Shown here: one piece after another, positions 10,083-20,294 of the stretch
Position numbering within the stretch: position 1 is the stretch's first letter
Layout of the letters: every line of letters starts with the position of its first letter
Assembly (NCBI GenBank): GCA_049971805.1
Contig: JBMFKU010000001.1
Span: 32,001-96,000, forward strand
DNA length: 64,000 nucleotides
Reading direction: 5' to 3'
Source: Caldisphaera sp.
GTDB taxonomy: Archaea; Thermoproteota; Thermoprotei_A; Sulfolobales; Acidilobaceae
Made by a program: the position numbers and the translations under genes
The notes under the pieces: model-generated
Told to the model about the DNA's origin: nothing
The model's input: the letters and a program-made list of their open reading frames with translations, nothing else
Databases searched by the model: none

Positions 10083-11415
10083 TTATGAAATAAAGGTCGT
10101 AGAAGGTTTCAAACTACCTTCTTTTAGCAATCAAAATGAAATTATTGTAGGAAGAAGTATATTGGAATCAGATATTAAGACAGGCACGCTAGGGGATTCA
10201 ATAGCAGGTCTCTTAATTCCTCCAATAGAATATGATAATGATTTAAGGGAACTAATAGAATTCTATAAAGTTAGAGTAACTATTGAGCAAGGATTCGAGA
10301 TTAGACAAAGGTTCGGGAAATTAACTAACGAAATAGACATACCAATAGAGATTATACCTATCTCTAGAATGTCTTTAATTAAAGATTTATATCCTTGCAT
10401 ATTTAATCGTGCTATTGAAAAAGTGGGGCTTGATGGATTAAGAGATGAATACAAAAAATATATTGAAAATATTGGCAATATAAAAGAAAACAATAGTATA
10501 AATTTAAGTAACAAGGTTTTGTTAATGAGTGCAAATAAGCTTCTAGGTACAATAGGTAAAAATGTTATTTTAGGTTTTTTAGCTATAAATTCAAACAAAA
10601 ACATTAATAATGAAGAAAAATGCGTTCCAAATCAATTACTTATGGACCCATACACTCTATTAACAATACCCGAAGGAAATTTAATAACTAATTGCAGCAA
10701 TGTAAACAATTATTTACTTAAACTTCTTGGTAGTGAATACAAATGCAAGAGGCCAAGCATATTGTCAAGTAGCCAGCTTTGCTATGGAAATAAAACTATT
10801 GTAATAAAGAACTACATTTATGGATTATTTAAATGGTTTATGGCTGGCGCCGTTTCCGCTTCTATTTATCCTTTTAAGCAAACACCTCTAGATAGATTAA
10901 GCAATGAATACAAGGCATTAAGAGATATGAGAAAAATAATAATAACTCCTAAGATAATTGTTATATGTCCTGATAAATATGAATCAAGAATGATTAGAGA
11001 ATTCATTGATGGTGAAGTGGTTTTAAAAAGCAAAGATCCTTATGCATGGTCTATATTGGGTGAAAGTTTAGCAAAAATCCATAACAACAATAGGGTTTTA
11101 GGGGATCCAAATCCTGGAAATTTTGTTATAACAGAAAATAATGAAATAGCATTAATAGACTTGGAGCAAGTTAGCAATTATTCACATAAAAAAGCCGCTT
11201 GGGATATAGCAGTTTTCTTTGCTTATGCCAGAACTTTTCAAGCAAACCCAAAATTGGTAAAAGAGGCACTATATGCATATGCAAAGTCGAGATCTAAAGA
11301 AGCTTGGAATTCAGTCCTGGATTATATAAAAGGGCCTCATCTCACAGCTTTAATGACCCCATTACCAAACTTGTTAGCTGAATTGAGATTATCGTTAAAG
11401 GATATAGATATTTGA
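10057..11415 (+). CDS. protein with C-terminal Bud32/RIO/APH-like kinase domain and uncharacterised N-terminal region
   Basis: VIK..Y, E..AL, GDPNPGN, IDLE and WD motifs; GGTGA RBS before ATG 10057. Confidence 0.7.
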   Translation: MSSTIKGIDYEIKVVEGFKLPSFSNQNEIIVGRSILESDIKTGTLGDSIAGLLIPPIEYDNDLRELIEFYKVRVTIEQGFEIRQRFGKLTNEIDIPIEIIPISRMSLIKDLYPCIFNRAIEKVGLDGLRDEYKKYIENIGNIKENNSINLSNKVLLMSANKLLGTIGKNVILGFLAINSNKNINNEEKCVPNQLLMDPYTLLTIPEGNLITNCSNVNNYLLKLLGSEYKCKRPSILSSSQLCYGNKTIVIKNYIYGLFKWFMAGAVSASIYPFKQTPLDRLSNEYKALRDMRKIIITPKIIVICPDKYESRMIREFIDGEVVLKSKDPYAWSILGESLAKIHNNNRVLGDPNPGNFVITENNEIALIDLEQVSNYSHKKAAWDIAVFFAYARTFQANPKLVKEALYAYAKSRSKEAWNSVLDYIKGPHLTALMTPLPNLLAELRLSLKDIDI

Positions 11416-11640
11416 ATAACTTGCTCATAGATAAAATAACGAAAACAGTTTCTTTTATGATTTTTATCTTTCCTCTAAGATATTAGGTTTGTTGTTTCTT
11501 TAGAATATTAAGATAAAATTATTTTAAATTACTTTAATAAAAATTGTTTGTTTATTATTTTAAATTATTTTTGTTTTAATATCTTTAAAGCTATATTAAT
11601 GCCTATAACTTTTGATTTCTAAAAAATAAAGGGGATAAGA

Positions 11641-12048
11641 TTGTCTGTTCACATTAAAAGAAATAATATATCGATTAGCTTAGAAGAATATTTAACAACT
11701 ATATATAAGCAAGGTGGGGAAACGAAGTGGGTAAAAACCGGCGATATTGCCGATTTTTTAGGAATCTCTCCTGCAAGTGTTACTGAAGCAGTTCAAAAAT
11801 TGGCTAAAGAAGGCTATTTGCAGTATTTCTCTTATAGAGGGGTAATGCTTACAAAGAAAGGCGCAGATATAGCGTCAGCAATAGCAAAGAAGGAAAATGA
11901 TATGAAGCAAATTTTAATAATGATTGGAATAAATTATAGAGAAGCCGAAGAAATATCATGCTTATTAGAACATAAAATAAGTGATGATGCGTTGGAAAAA
12001 CTTAAGCGTTTTATAAATGATTGTATCTCTAAAAATAAAAATTATTAA
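11641..12048 (+). CDS. DtxR/MntR-family metal-dependent regulator
   Basis: EEYL..IY, ISPASVTEAV.KL, Y.GV.LT.KG and LEH motifs. Confidence 0.88.
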   Translation: MSVHIKRNNISISLEEYLTTIYKQGGETKWVKTGDIADFLGISPASVTEAVQKLAKEGYLQYFSYRGVMLTKKGADIASAIAKKENDMKQILIMIGINYREAEEISCLLEHKISDDALEKLKRFINDCISKNKNY

Positions 12049-12082
12049 ATTTGGAAAAGCAATATAATGTAGGCGAGGTTCT

Positions 12083-12472
12083 TTGAGCAAGAAAAGATTT
12101 GGGATAAGTCTACCAGAAAACTTATATGAGCAGCTTAACAAGTTATCAAGCAAGCTAGAAACAAATAGAAGTGATCTTGTAGAACAGGCCGTGAGCGTAT
12201 TTATCAATGACTACAAGCACTACTTGATTCCGCATATTTGTACAGGAGTCATGATAGTTTCATGTAAGGATGAAACAATTGCTAAAGAATTAATTGATGA
12301 ATATTCTGATATAGCTAAAACGTATATCCATACACATGAAAATGCTTTGTGCATAGAAATAATATTTGTATCAGGACCATCTGAAAAAATTGCACTCTTT
12401 CAGAAAAAATTGGCGCAAAATGCCAAATGCAATCCAAGGTATATACCCGTTTCTACTATAAATACAAAGTGA
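12083..12472 (+). CDS. NikR-like ribbon-helix-helix regulator
   Basis: RFGISLP...NRS N-terminus; HTH...CIE metal site. Confidence 0.8.
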   Translation: MSKKRFGISLPENLYEQLNKLSSKLETNRSDLVEQAVSVFINDYKHYLIPHICTGVMIVSCKDETIAKELIDEYSDIAKTYIHTHENALCIEIIFVSGPSEKIALFQKKLAQNAKCNPRYIPVSTINTK

Positions 12473-12523
12473 TGAACTACAATAAACAGTATTATTCATG
12501 CTTAGGATCATAAAATTTAATAA

Positions 12524-13651
12524 TTAGAGCTTAGGAATATCAACAAAAGACCACGCAAGATCTTTTGCTTGCTCCAATTTCCTTTGATGATCAGATAAGA
12601 ACCTTTCTAACCTATTAAATCCAAAGAGCTTACATTCTCCACAAAGTAATTTTCCACCTTTACATCTATCATATATGTCCTTTAATTCCATATCATCAGG
12701 TACCAAATGATACAAATAAAAATCAAAAACAGGGCATTTTTCAGGTTCCCCACCCAACTTTTTTTGCTCTTCTGCTGTGTTTCTACCTCCTGTTAATGAA
12801 GCCATAAACTTTCTTTTTGCTACATCTATCGAGTCTGAAAGGAAAATAGTTATATCAGGCTTGCTACTGCTCATTTTTCCACCATCTAAACCCCTAATAA
12901 GCTTATGATATATAGATGCTGGTGGGATAAGTTCTATTTCGTCTTTAAATCTTGTAGTTAAATCTCTTGTAAGTCTTAGATGAGGATCTTGATCTGCGCC
13001 GACAGGAACTAAAACATATTTATATTCTCCATATTCAGGTAGTTGAGGATGCAATATGTCTGCAGCTTGAGTTAATGCTGAAACTATCTTCCCTGGCGAT
13101 ACTTCTCCATAAATTGCCTCTAATTCGTTAAATGTTATTCTAGAACTAAACATCTGTATTAATGAATAATAAGAGCCTTTTCTATTTGTTTGAAAATAAA
13201 AATCTGTTTTCTTTGGGTCTAGTCCTAATGCAATCAAATTTGCAACATATTCTTCGATACCTATTTTTATTAGATCCTTTCTTTGCATGTGCCTAACTGC
13301 ATATGCCTCAGCGTCTGCTAGCCCAACAAATATTTTGAACCCTAGCCTTTGAAAATAAACTAATTGAAGACCTGTGAGCATATGACCGAAATGGAATCTA
13401 CCACTCGGCATAAATCCTGTCATAACAGCAACGGGTTTTTTATCAATGTAAGATTTTAATAATATATCGAAATCTCTATGGCCAAATATTATACCTCTTT
13501 TCATAAATTGATTCGGCTCTATATTTAGTTCCCTCATTTTTTCCAATATTTCATTAAAGGGTCTTATGCCAAAAACTTCATATAATCTTGTGTAGTCTTT
13601 GATGTCAGGTCTACCCCAGGGGTCAAGTCTTATTTCTTCTTTTTCTGCCAA
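12524..13651 (-). CDS. trpS: tryptophanyl-tRNA synthetase
   Basis: GFMPSGRFHFGH, VPVGADQDPH, KMSSS and TGGR motifs. Confidence 0.96.
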   Translation of the reverse strand: MAEKEEIRLDPWGRPDIKDYTRLYEVFGIRPFNEILEKMRELNIEPNQFMKRGIIFGHRDFDILLKSYIDKKPVAVMTGFMPSGRFHFGHMLTGLQLVYFQRLGFKIFVGLADAEAYAVRHMQRKDLIKIGIEEYVANLIALGLDPKKTDFYFQTNRKGSYYSLIQMFSSRITFNELEAIYGEVSPGKIVSALTQAADILHPQLPEYGEYKYVLVPVGADQDPHLRLTRDLTTRFKDEIELIPPASIYHKLIRGLDGGKMSSSKPDITIFLSDSIDVAKRKFMASLTGGRNTAEEQKKLGGEPEKCPVFDFYLYHLVPDDMELKDIYDRCKGGKLLCGECKLFGFNRLERFLSDHQRKLEQAKDLAWSFVDIPKL

Positions 13652-13763
13652 GCTAATCGCCCTTATAAATAATCATTATTGGGCAATAAATTTTTATGCA
13701 GTAGTTTCTTAAGCTATTTTAATAAATTTAAGTTCTAGATTACAAATTTTTTATGGTGAAAGA

Positions 13764-14711
13764 TTGAGTAATTTGGATCAAACAGATTTCGAAATGTTCG
13801 AAAGGCTTAAGGAATATGCACCAATAACTATTTCTGAATTATCAAGAACTTTAGGTTATAGCAAAAGTATGGTTTACAATAGAGTAAAAAAATTGGAAAA
13901 AGAGGGCTTGGTAAAAATTAAAAACCAGGGCGGAGTATCTATAATAGAGATAATTGAAAAAAAGAATCCAATGCTTTATGTTGGTATTTTAAGAGCAAGC
14001 GAGTACCCATATATAATAGACTTTGCCAAAAAGCTAGAAGATAAATATAAATATGTGCAAATAAAGGTTTATGATGATGCATTTAAGGAAACAGTCGATT
14101 TATCGCTAGGTAAAATTCAGCTTGCTATGAGTCCTGCCATTTCCTTGATGTCTATTCATAGAATTAGCAAAGGGGAAGTATTTATAATAGGTGGAGGTAG
14201 CGGGGGAGGTAGCGGAATAATAAATAATCCTAATGGAAATGAGGGGCATACCACATCAATGATGTCATCAATGGAATTATGTGCAGAAATACATAAAGTA
14301 GAAATGCCAAGGTTGTACAGTAGTAGTGGGAAAGAAATATTAGAAAATGTTGAAAAAGGAAGAGTTAGGTATGGAATAGTATGGGAGCCTTATTTAACTC
14401 TTGCTAAAAGGAAACAAATGAAAACCATACCTTGTCAGCTAGATACTTGTTGCCTTTTGGGAGCCCATAAATCTTTATATGATGATTTTGATAAAATCAA
14501 AAAAATGCTTTCAGATTCTATTTCAAGGATTAATAATGCAAACTTGGAAACTTATTCTGATATAATAATGATGCCTAAAGAAATTGTTAAGGATTCTATT
14601 AAAAGTTATTCATTTTTTGAAGAACCTGATAAAAATTATCTGAAAAATATATTGAGTAATATGAGAAATGTTATACTTCCAGAAAACATTGTCAGTCAAG
14701 CTATTATTTAA
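13764..14711 (+). CDS. wHTH transcriptional regulator fused to a periplasmic-binding-protein type II (NMT1/SsuA-like) domain
   Basis: N-terminal ITISELSRTLGYSKSMVYNRVKKLE HTH; VWEPY motif typical of SsuA/NMT1 binders. Confidence 0.65.
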   Translation: MSNLDQTDFEMFERLKEYAPITISELSRTLGYSKSMVYNRVKKLEKEGLVKIKNQGGVSIIEIIEKKNPMLYVGILRASEYPYIIDFAKKLEDKYKYVQIKVYDDAFKETVDLSLGKIQLAMSPAISLMSIHRISKGEVFIIGGGSGGGSGIINNPNGNEGHTTSMMSSMELCAEIHKVEMPRLYSSSGKEILENVEKGRVRYGIVWEPYLTLAKRKQMKTIPCQLDTCCLLGAHKSLYDDFDKIKKMLSDSISRINNANLETYSDIIMMPKEIVKDSIKSYSFFEEPDKNYLKNILSNMRNVILPENIVSQAII

Positions 14712-15041
14712 ATTATAAGACAATTCTCAATATGAAAGATAAATTTTATTTAAAAACATTATCTCCTTATGTATTTGATTAAATATTTATTAGAACTAGA
14801 TCGTATAGCGAAATGTTACTTTAGATTTTATCAAGCAGTTAGAGAAAAAGGTTTTCATATATTCTCCTTTTTGTTAAGGTATTATTTATAAGTGTTTTGA
14901 TCTTAAAATATAAAGTTTGCAATCTATTAAAGCAACTAATGGCACCTTTATGCTATGAGTTATTCAATTCTGAAATGCTTTTTTTATTGTCATAAAATTG
15001 CTTGCTAATCTTTTAACTTAAAAAAATAAATAAAAAATATT

Positions 15042-15587
15042 TTATTCGGGCAGTAAGACCTTTCCTTTAGTTCCATTTAAAACTATAGCCATGGATAAAT
15101 AAACGGCTGATATACCTGTTACTATACCTATAACGCCTGCTATATGCATAACAACTGTGCTGGCAGACCAGTCAGCAGCGGCTAATGTAAAAAATGTTAT
15201 AAATAGCAATGTTAGAACTATACTTAAAACCCTTGCTTTTAAAAATATCGATCCGAAATCCATATATAGTGTAAAAATACCCCATAAGAACATCCATAAT
15301 CCTACTTCTTTACCGCTCGTAGGCAAGCCAAGTATTAAAGCTAGTGCTAGACCAATCCAAAATAATCCATAGCCTGAAAAAGCTATACCACCAAACATAT
15401 CATTCCTTCTAAAAGAGATCCATCCTGCAAAAACCTGAGCCAGACCTCCCCATGAAATAGCATAGCCAAGAGTTAAACCTGTTGTAGGCACTAATCCTGC
15501 ATTGGCAGCACTTAGAACTATTGTGGTTAGGCCAAAACCTACTAAACCTAATGCTGCCGGATTTGCCCATATTTCTTCTTTACTCAT
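15042..15587 (-). CDS. acetate uptake transporter (SatP/GPR1/FUN34/YaaH)
   Basis: ANPAALGL.GF, GG.AQ and YG.FW motifs; 6 TM; downstream of acs. Confidence 0.9.
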   Translation of the reverse strand: MSKEEIWANPAALGLVGFGLTTIVLSAANAGLVPTTGLTLGYAISWGGLAQVFAGWISFRRNDMFGGIAFSGYGLFWIGLALALILGLPTSGKEVGLWMFLWGIFTLYMDFGSIFLKARVLSIVLTLLFITFFTLAAADWSASTVVMHIAGVIGIVTGISAVYLSMAIVLNGTKGKVLLPE

Positions 15588-15635
15588 TTCACACCCCCCT
15601 CATGCATTACTTAAAAAAAACAAATTTTTAAAAAA

Positions 15636-17588
15636 CTACTTCATACTAGATTTAAATTCATCCCAGGCTCTTTTTAGCTCATCAACAGATGTTGGATCTT
15701 CTAAGGTTGATACATCACCAACTGGATTGTTTGTTAATATTGCCTTTAGAACCCTTCTCATTATCTTTCCGCTTCTAGTCTTTGGCAATTTCTTTACGAA
15801 TATTATTGCCTGAGGAGTAGCTATTGGACCTATAACAGTTCTAACAGTTTCTATAAGTTCTTTCCTGAGATCTTCATTGGGATTTAATCCAGATTTTAAG
15901 ACAACAGCGGCTATAGGTACTTCACCTTTTATTGGATCTGAAACTCCTATTACTGCTGATTCCGCAACCGCTGGATGTTTAATTAATGCGTCTTCCATTT
16001 CTATTGTACCTATTCTATGGCCTGCAACCTTTAATACTTCATCAGCTCTACCTAATAGCCAGAAGTAACCCTCTTCGTCTTTTACTGCATAATCTCCTGC
16101 ATAAAATTGGCCTGGGTATTTTCCAAAATACGTCCTAACAAACCTATCTGGATCACCCCATATACCTAAAGGCATACCTGGCCATGGTTTTCTTATAACA
16201 AGGTATCCTTTAACTCCTGGAGGAGTTTCCTTTCCATTATCATCTAATACATCTGGATCAATTCCAGGCAATGGATACGTAGCAGAACCAGGCTTTAACG
16301 GGACTAGGCCAATGTTAGGTGAAGGAGCAATCATTGATGCCGAAGTTTCTGTCATCCACCATGTGTCAACTATTGGGCACTTGCCTCTCCCAACTACATT
16401 AAAATACCATTCCCAAACATCAGGATTTATTGGCTCGCCTACAGTACCTAAGATTCTTAAAGAGGATAGATCATGCTTTTTAATCCAGTCGTCACCGTAT
16501 TGCCTTAAGAGTCTTAACGATGTTGGGGATGTATAAAATATTGTTACCTTATATTTTTCAATTATGCTCCAAGGCCTATCTGGATTTGGATAAACTGGAG
16601 CACCTTCATACATAACTTCTGTTGCTCCATGCATTAATGGGCCATATACTATATATGTATGCCCAGTGACCCATCCAACATCTGCAAAAGTCCAATGTAC
16701 ATCTTCTGGCCTAATATCCCAATTCCATCTGAATGCATGGTAAACGAAGGTCATATACCCTCCTACACTATGCATTATTCCTTTAGGCTTACCTGTTGTC
16801 CCACTAGTATATAATATATATAAAATATCATCACCTTTTCTTGCTACTGGTTTAACATAAGTGCTGTCAGAATATTTATTAATTAATTCATGATACCAAT
16901 AATCTCTTCCTTCTACAAAAGGTATTTCAGTTCCAAGCCTTTTAACAACAACAACTTTTTCTACATTTGTTCCTTGATCTCTTGCGATTTTAATTGCACT
17001 TTCTACATTTTTCTTTAATTCAATTGGCTTTCCGTTTCTTGGATATGAATCGGCTGTAACCAATACCTTAGATTTAGCATCTACAATTCTTGTTGCTAAA
17101 GCTTCTGCACTAAAACCTGAGAAGACAACGCTATGTATTGCCCCCAATCTAGTTGTAGATAACATAGAAATTGGCAATTCAGGAATCATCGGTAAATAAA
17201 TAGTTACAGTATCATTTTCCTTAATCCCTAAATCTTGTAAAGCTTTGGCAAACTTATTTACTTCTCTATAAAGATCTTTATATGTTAAAACCCTTGTTAT
17301 TCCATCTTCACCTTCCCAATAATATGCTACTTTATTAAATACAGATGTATTTTGCCATCTATCCAAGGCATTTAAGTTAATATTTGTCTGTGCTCCAACA
17401 AACCAACGATAAAAAGGTGGATTTGAGGATTCTAAAACTTTGTCCCATGTTTTATACCAAATCAGTTCTCTGGCCATTTTATCCCAGAATTCTTCTATAT
17501 TTTCAACACTCTTCTTCCAAAAATCGAGATACGCATTATGGTAAGGATACCTTTTCTCCTTATAAGGCAAGTTTTCTATTTCGTTCAA
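15636..17588 (-). CDS. acs: AMP-forming acetyl-CoA synthetase
   Basis: YTSGTTGKPKG, VGEPINP, DTWWMTE and PKTRSGKIMRR motifs. Confidence 0.96.
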   Translation of the reverse strand: MNEIENLPYKEKRYPYHNAYLDFWKKSVENIEEFWDKMARELIWYKTWDKVLESSNPPFYRWFVGAQTNINLNALDRWQNTSVFNKVAYYWEGEDGITRVLTYKDLYREVNKFAKALQDLGIKENDTVTIYLPMIPELPISMLSTTRLGAIHSVVFSGFSAEALATRIVDAKSKVLVTADSYPRNGKPIELKKNVESAIKIARDQGTNVEKVVVVKRLGTEIPFVEGRDYWYHELINKYSDSTYVKPVARKGDDILYILYTSGTTGKPKGIMHSVGGYMTFVYHAFRWNWDIRPEDVHWTFADVGWVTGHTYIVYGPLMHGATEVMYEGAPVYPNPDRPWSIIEKYKVTIFYTSPTSLRLLRQYGDDWIKKHDLSSLRILGTVGEPINPDVWEWYFNVVGRGKCPIVDTWWMTETSASMIAPSPNIGLVPLKPGSATYPLPGIDPDVLDDNGKETPPGVKGYLVIRKPWPGMPLGIWGDPDRFVRTYFGKYPGQFYAGDYAVKDEEGYFWLLGRADEVLKVAGHRIGTIEMEDALIKHPAVAESAVIGVSDPIKGEVPIAAVVLKSGLNPNEDLRKELIETVRTVIGPIATPQAIIFVKKLPKTRSGKIMRRVLKAILTNNPVGDVSTLEDPTSVDELKRAWDEFKSSMK

Positions 17589-17726
17589 GAACCTCGCCTG
17601 TATTCATATATATATACTGTAAAGTATATATATATTTCTACAAGATATACAAATAGGAAAATTTTTATAGATCTATTAATTAAAACTCTTGTTTAATTTT
17701 TCATCACAAGAAACTTCCTTAAATAA

Positions 17727-18752
17727 CTATTCTATAAGATCATAATTGTGGGAAATACACTCTATATTAAAAATTAACTCAGCATTTTCATGGGCATATT
17801 TTTCAAGGTTTTTTCTTGATATTCCGTGGCTTAATAATGTCAAAAATACATCTTCCATGTATAGCTTAGGATCAGAATTGCTAACCGCAGGATAATCAGA
17901 ACCGTACATAATTTTATCAATAGGGAAATCCTTCATTACTATCGGTATCAATTGGACAGGTAATGCTGATGTATCAACATAAACATTTTGATATTTTTTG
18001 GATAATTCTAATGTTTCATCCATAAACACCCCAGGAGCTATTGCACTATATCCTCCAGCATGCGCTATTATAATTTTTGCGTCTCTATACTTTCTTAAAA
18101 TAGGATCCAATCTAGATGTATCCCCATACTTACAATATTTTGGTAATTCCCATATACCCGGATCACATCCTCCATGTATCGTTACTGGTAATCCTTTTTC
18201 ATTAGCTACCTCAATGGTTGCTTCTACTGATGGATCGTCTAAGTGCTTAAGGAATATAGTTGAAATTATTTTAAACCCTTTAAATCCCTCATTTATAGAC
18301 TTCTCTAATATTGATGATAAAACGTCAGGTTCTAATGATAAGTTGGCTGGAAACAAAACAGTGAAATTAGATAAAGCAGAAATTTCTTGGTGCTTTTTGA
18401 ATTGGCAAAAGCTTTCAGAGATCTGGTGTGCCATTAAAAATAAATTTTCAGGTGTTAGGAAATCCTTAATTTCTCCAGCAAACTTATCAATTAAATACTT
18501 TGTTCTATCGTATTCTTTTAATACATCATCATATTGTATTTTTACTAGAAGATCCCTAAATGGAGGGATTCCCAATATAACTGCTCCTCCTATTCCTGAG
18601 GCAATTAATTTTCTCAAATATTCGTTAGCTTCTTTCGCGCTTTTCATTACTGGACTGTGCACATGAGCATCTATTATACAGGATACTGGTATGTCAGCCT
18701 TCAAGTATACTACCCAGATTCTATTTGTTAAGAAACATTTTAAGCTTAACAT
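17727..18752 (-). CDS. amidohydrolase family 2 (TIM-barrel metallo-hydrolase)
   Basis: IDAHVH, IHGG, AHAG, YVDTS and YGSDYP motifs; true start probably ~15 codons downstream. Confidence 0.82.
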   Translation of the reverse strand: MLSLKCFLTNRIWVVYLKADIPVSCIIDAHVHSPVMKSAKEANEYLRKLIASGIGGAVILGIPPFRDLLVKIQYDDVLKEYDRTKYLIDKFAGEIKDFLTPENLFLMAHQISESFCQFKKHQEISALSNFTVLFPANLSLEPDVLSSILEKSINEGFKGFKIISTIFLKHLDDPSVEATIEVANEKGLPVTIHGGCDPGIWELPKYCKYGDTSRLDPILRKYRDAKIIIAHAGGYSAIAPGVFMDETLELSKKYQNVYVDTSALPVQLIPIVMKDFPIDKIMYGSDYPAVSNSDPKLYMEDVFLTLLSHGISRKNLEKYAHENAELIFNIECISHNYDLIE

Positions 18753-18824
18753 TTAAAAAATATTGATAAGCATGTTACCTATACTCTCTTTAAGTACTTT
18801 GGTTTATAATAAATTAATAGAGCG

Positions 18825-19985
18825 GTGAAGTTAGTGGAAGAAGAAAAAATACCAGGAAAGATGCTAAATAGGAAAATTATGATGAAATTAATGAATGCAA
18901 TACAAGAAAGTAAGCCGCCTTATAATTTAACGAGAATGGCAGAATTAATGGATATGCCTGATTCAACCTTAGAAAGTTATTTTAGATTGTTGAAAGACAA
19001 CAAATTTGCAACTGTTGCACTAGATTTTTCTAGGAAGTTGCTGAATTTAAAATATGTGATAGCAATAATTAAAGGTAAATGGCTGGACTCTTCACCGTTA
19101 AAGGATTATTGGTTAGTAGGAAGATTTCATACTTCAATAGGTACAATACTAACATATTATTTTCCATCTAACGAAAGTGAATCAATTAACTCTTTAAAAG
19201 AAATAACAAATGCAGATGTCTATCAATTTTATGATGTGTATAACTCTAGACCGGATTGGCTTTATTATTATGATGAGGAAAATGATAAATTATATGATAT
19301 AGATAAAATATATAAAATGATTGATAATCATCCTCCTATAAATTATGAAATACCAGATCCCCATAGAAAGCCAGATGCTTTAGATGTTTTGATTTTGGCA
19401 GCATTAGGAGCAAATGCTTTAGATAACTATCGTCTATTAATAGAGGCATTTAAAGGTCCAAGCCCTATAAGGAAGTTTAAGCCATTCTCATCATTTAATT
19501 ATCACTTAAACCACTCAAAATTATACTCAAGAGGAGGAGCTTTTTTACCAAAAGTTGGTTTGAATTCATTTAATTTAAGGCTAAGCGAACCTATGCCATT
19601 TACATCAGGTTATATCCTATTAAGGGGCACAAATAAAAACATACAATACATATTTAAAAGGCTATTAGCGTTTCCCTTTGTTGGCCAGATATTAGTGGGT
19701 GATAATGTAATATATTTTAACTATGTGATTCATGTTAAATATTTTGATACAACAATAGTAAATGAATATAAGCAATATGATTGGGATGAGGTATTGCAAT
19801 TCAATCTTATGGGCCATGATGTAAAAGAAAGGTATCTGTTACCATTTAGAGAATACAATCCTGTATTAAAAGAATGGATACCAAATAGTAATTTAGAAGA
19901 AATTGCAAGAAGAAAACTAAGACTATCAGAGTTCGAAAATTGGTACAATAAACATTATCTCAAAAATATAGAAAATCAAGAATAA
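18825..19985 (+). CDS. crenarchaeal tandem Lrp/AsnC-like regulator (two wHTH+RAM-like units)
   Basis: HTH NLTRMAELMDMPDSTLESYFRLL followed by Lrp-like linker DFSRKLLNL; second unit starts PDALDVLILAAL...FNYHLNH. Confidence 0.6.
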   Translation: MKLVEEEKIPGKMLNRKIMMKLMNAIQESKPPYNLTRMAELMDMPDSTLESYFRLLKDNKFATVALDFSRKLLNLKYVIAIIKGKWLDSSPLKDYWLVGRFHTSIGTILTYYFPSNESESINSLKEITNADVYQFYDVYNSRPDWLYYYDEENDKLYDIDKIYKMIDNHPPINYEIPDPHRKPDALDVLILAALGANALDNYRLLIEAFKGPSPIRKFKPFSSFNYHLNHSKLYSRGGAFLPKVGLNSFNLRLSEPMPFTSGYILLRGTNKNIQYIFKRLLAFPFVGQILVGDNVIYFNYVIHVKYFDTTIVNEYKQYDWDEVLQFNLMGHDVKERYLLPFREYNPVLKEWIPNSNLEEIARRKLRLSEFENWYNKHYLKNIENQE

Positions 19986-20001
19986 AAACTTTTAATAAAA
20001 A

Positions 20002-20169
20002 TCATAGAAATATATCGTCTTCTCCAGTTACTGGATTAACAGCTTGTAGATGAGCATGTGTTGCCGGTTGGCCTAAATGAAGGCTTAATACTAAGCTTAT
20101 TACAGCTAATATAGCAGGTAATACACTTAAGACCTTTATGCCGTACCTCTTAACTCCTTTTATACTCAT
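20002..20169 (-). CDS. 55-aa small protein with signal-peptide-like N-terminus (MSIKGVKRYGIKVLSVLPAILAVISLVLSLHLGQPATHAHLQAVNPVTGEDDIFL)
   Basis: Hand-translated ATG 20169 to TGA 20002; GGTGA RBS 6 nt upstream; basic n-region, ~18-aa hydrophobic h-region, polar/acidic tail; below ORF-track cutoff. Confidence 0.75.
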   Translation of the reverse strand: MSIKGVKRYGIKVLSVLPAILAVISLVLSLHLGQPATHAHLQAVNPVTGEDDIFL

Positions 20170-20294
20170 ACTCTCTCACCACATCCTAGTAATATTTCAG
20201 TTAATCATAAACTATTATCTTTTTTCCCATAGTGTTAAATCAAATTCCCGGAGAAAAGCTTATATAAAACCTTATAATAAATCAATATTTTAAA

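Noticed and set aside
12468-12525. C box GTGATGA overlapping the NikR-like stop codon
   Set aside because: No D/D' box at a suitable distance.
14712-15041. 330-bp gap between convergent genes
   Set aside because: AT-rich; I found no convincing ORF, repeat or RNA motif.
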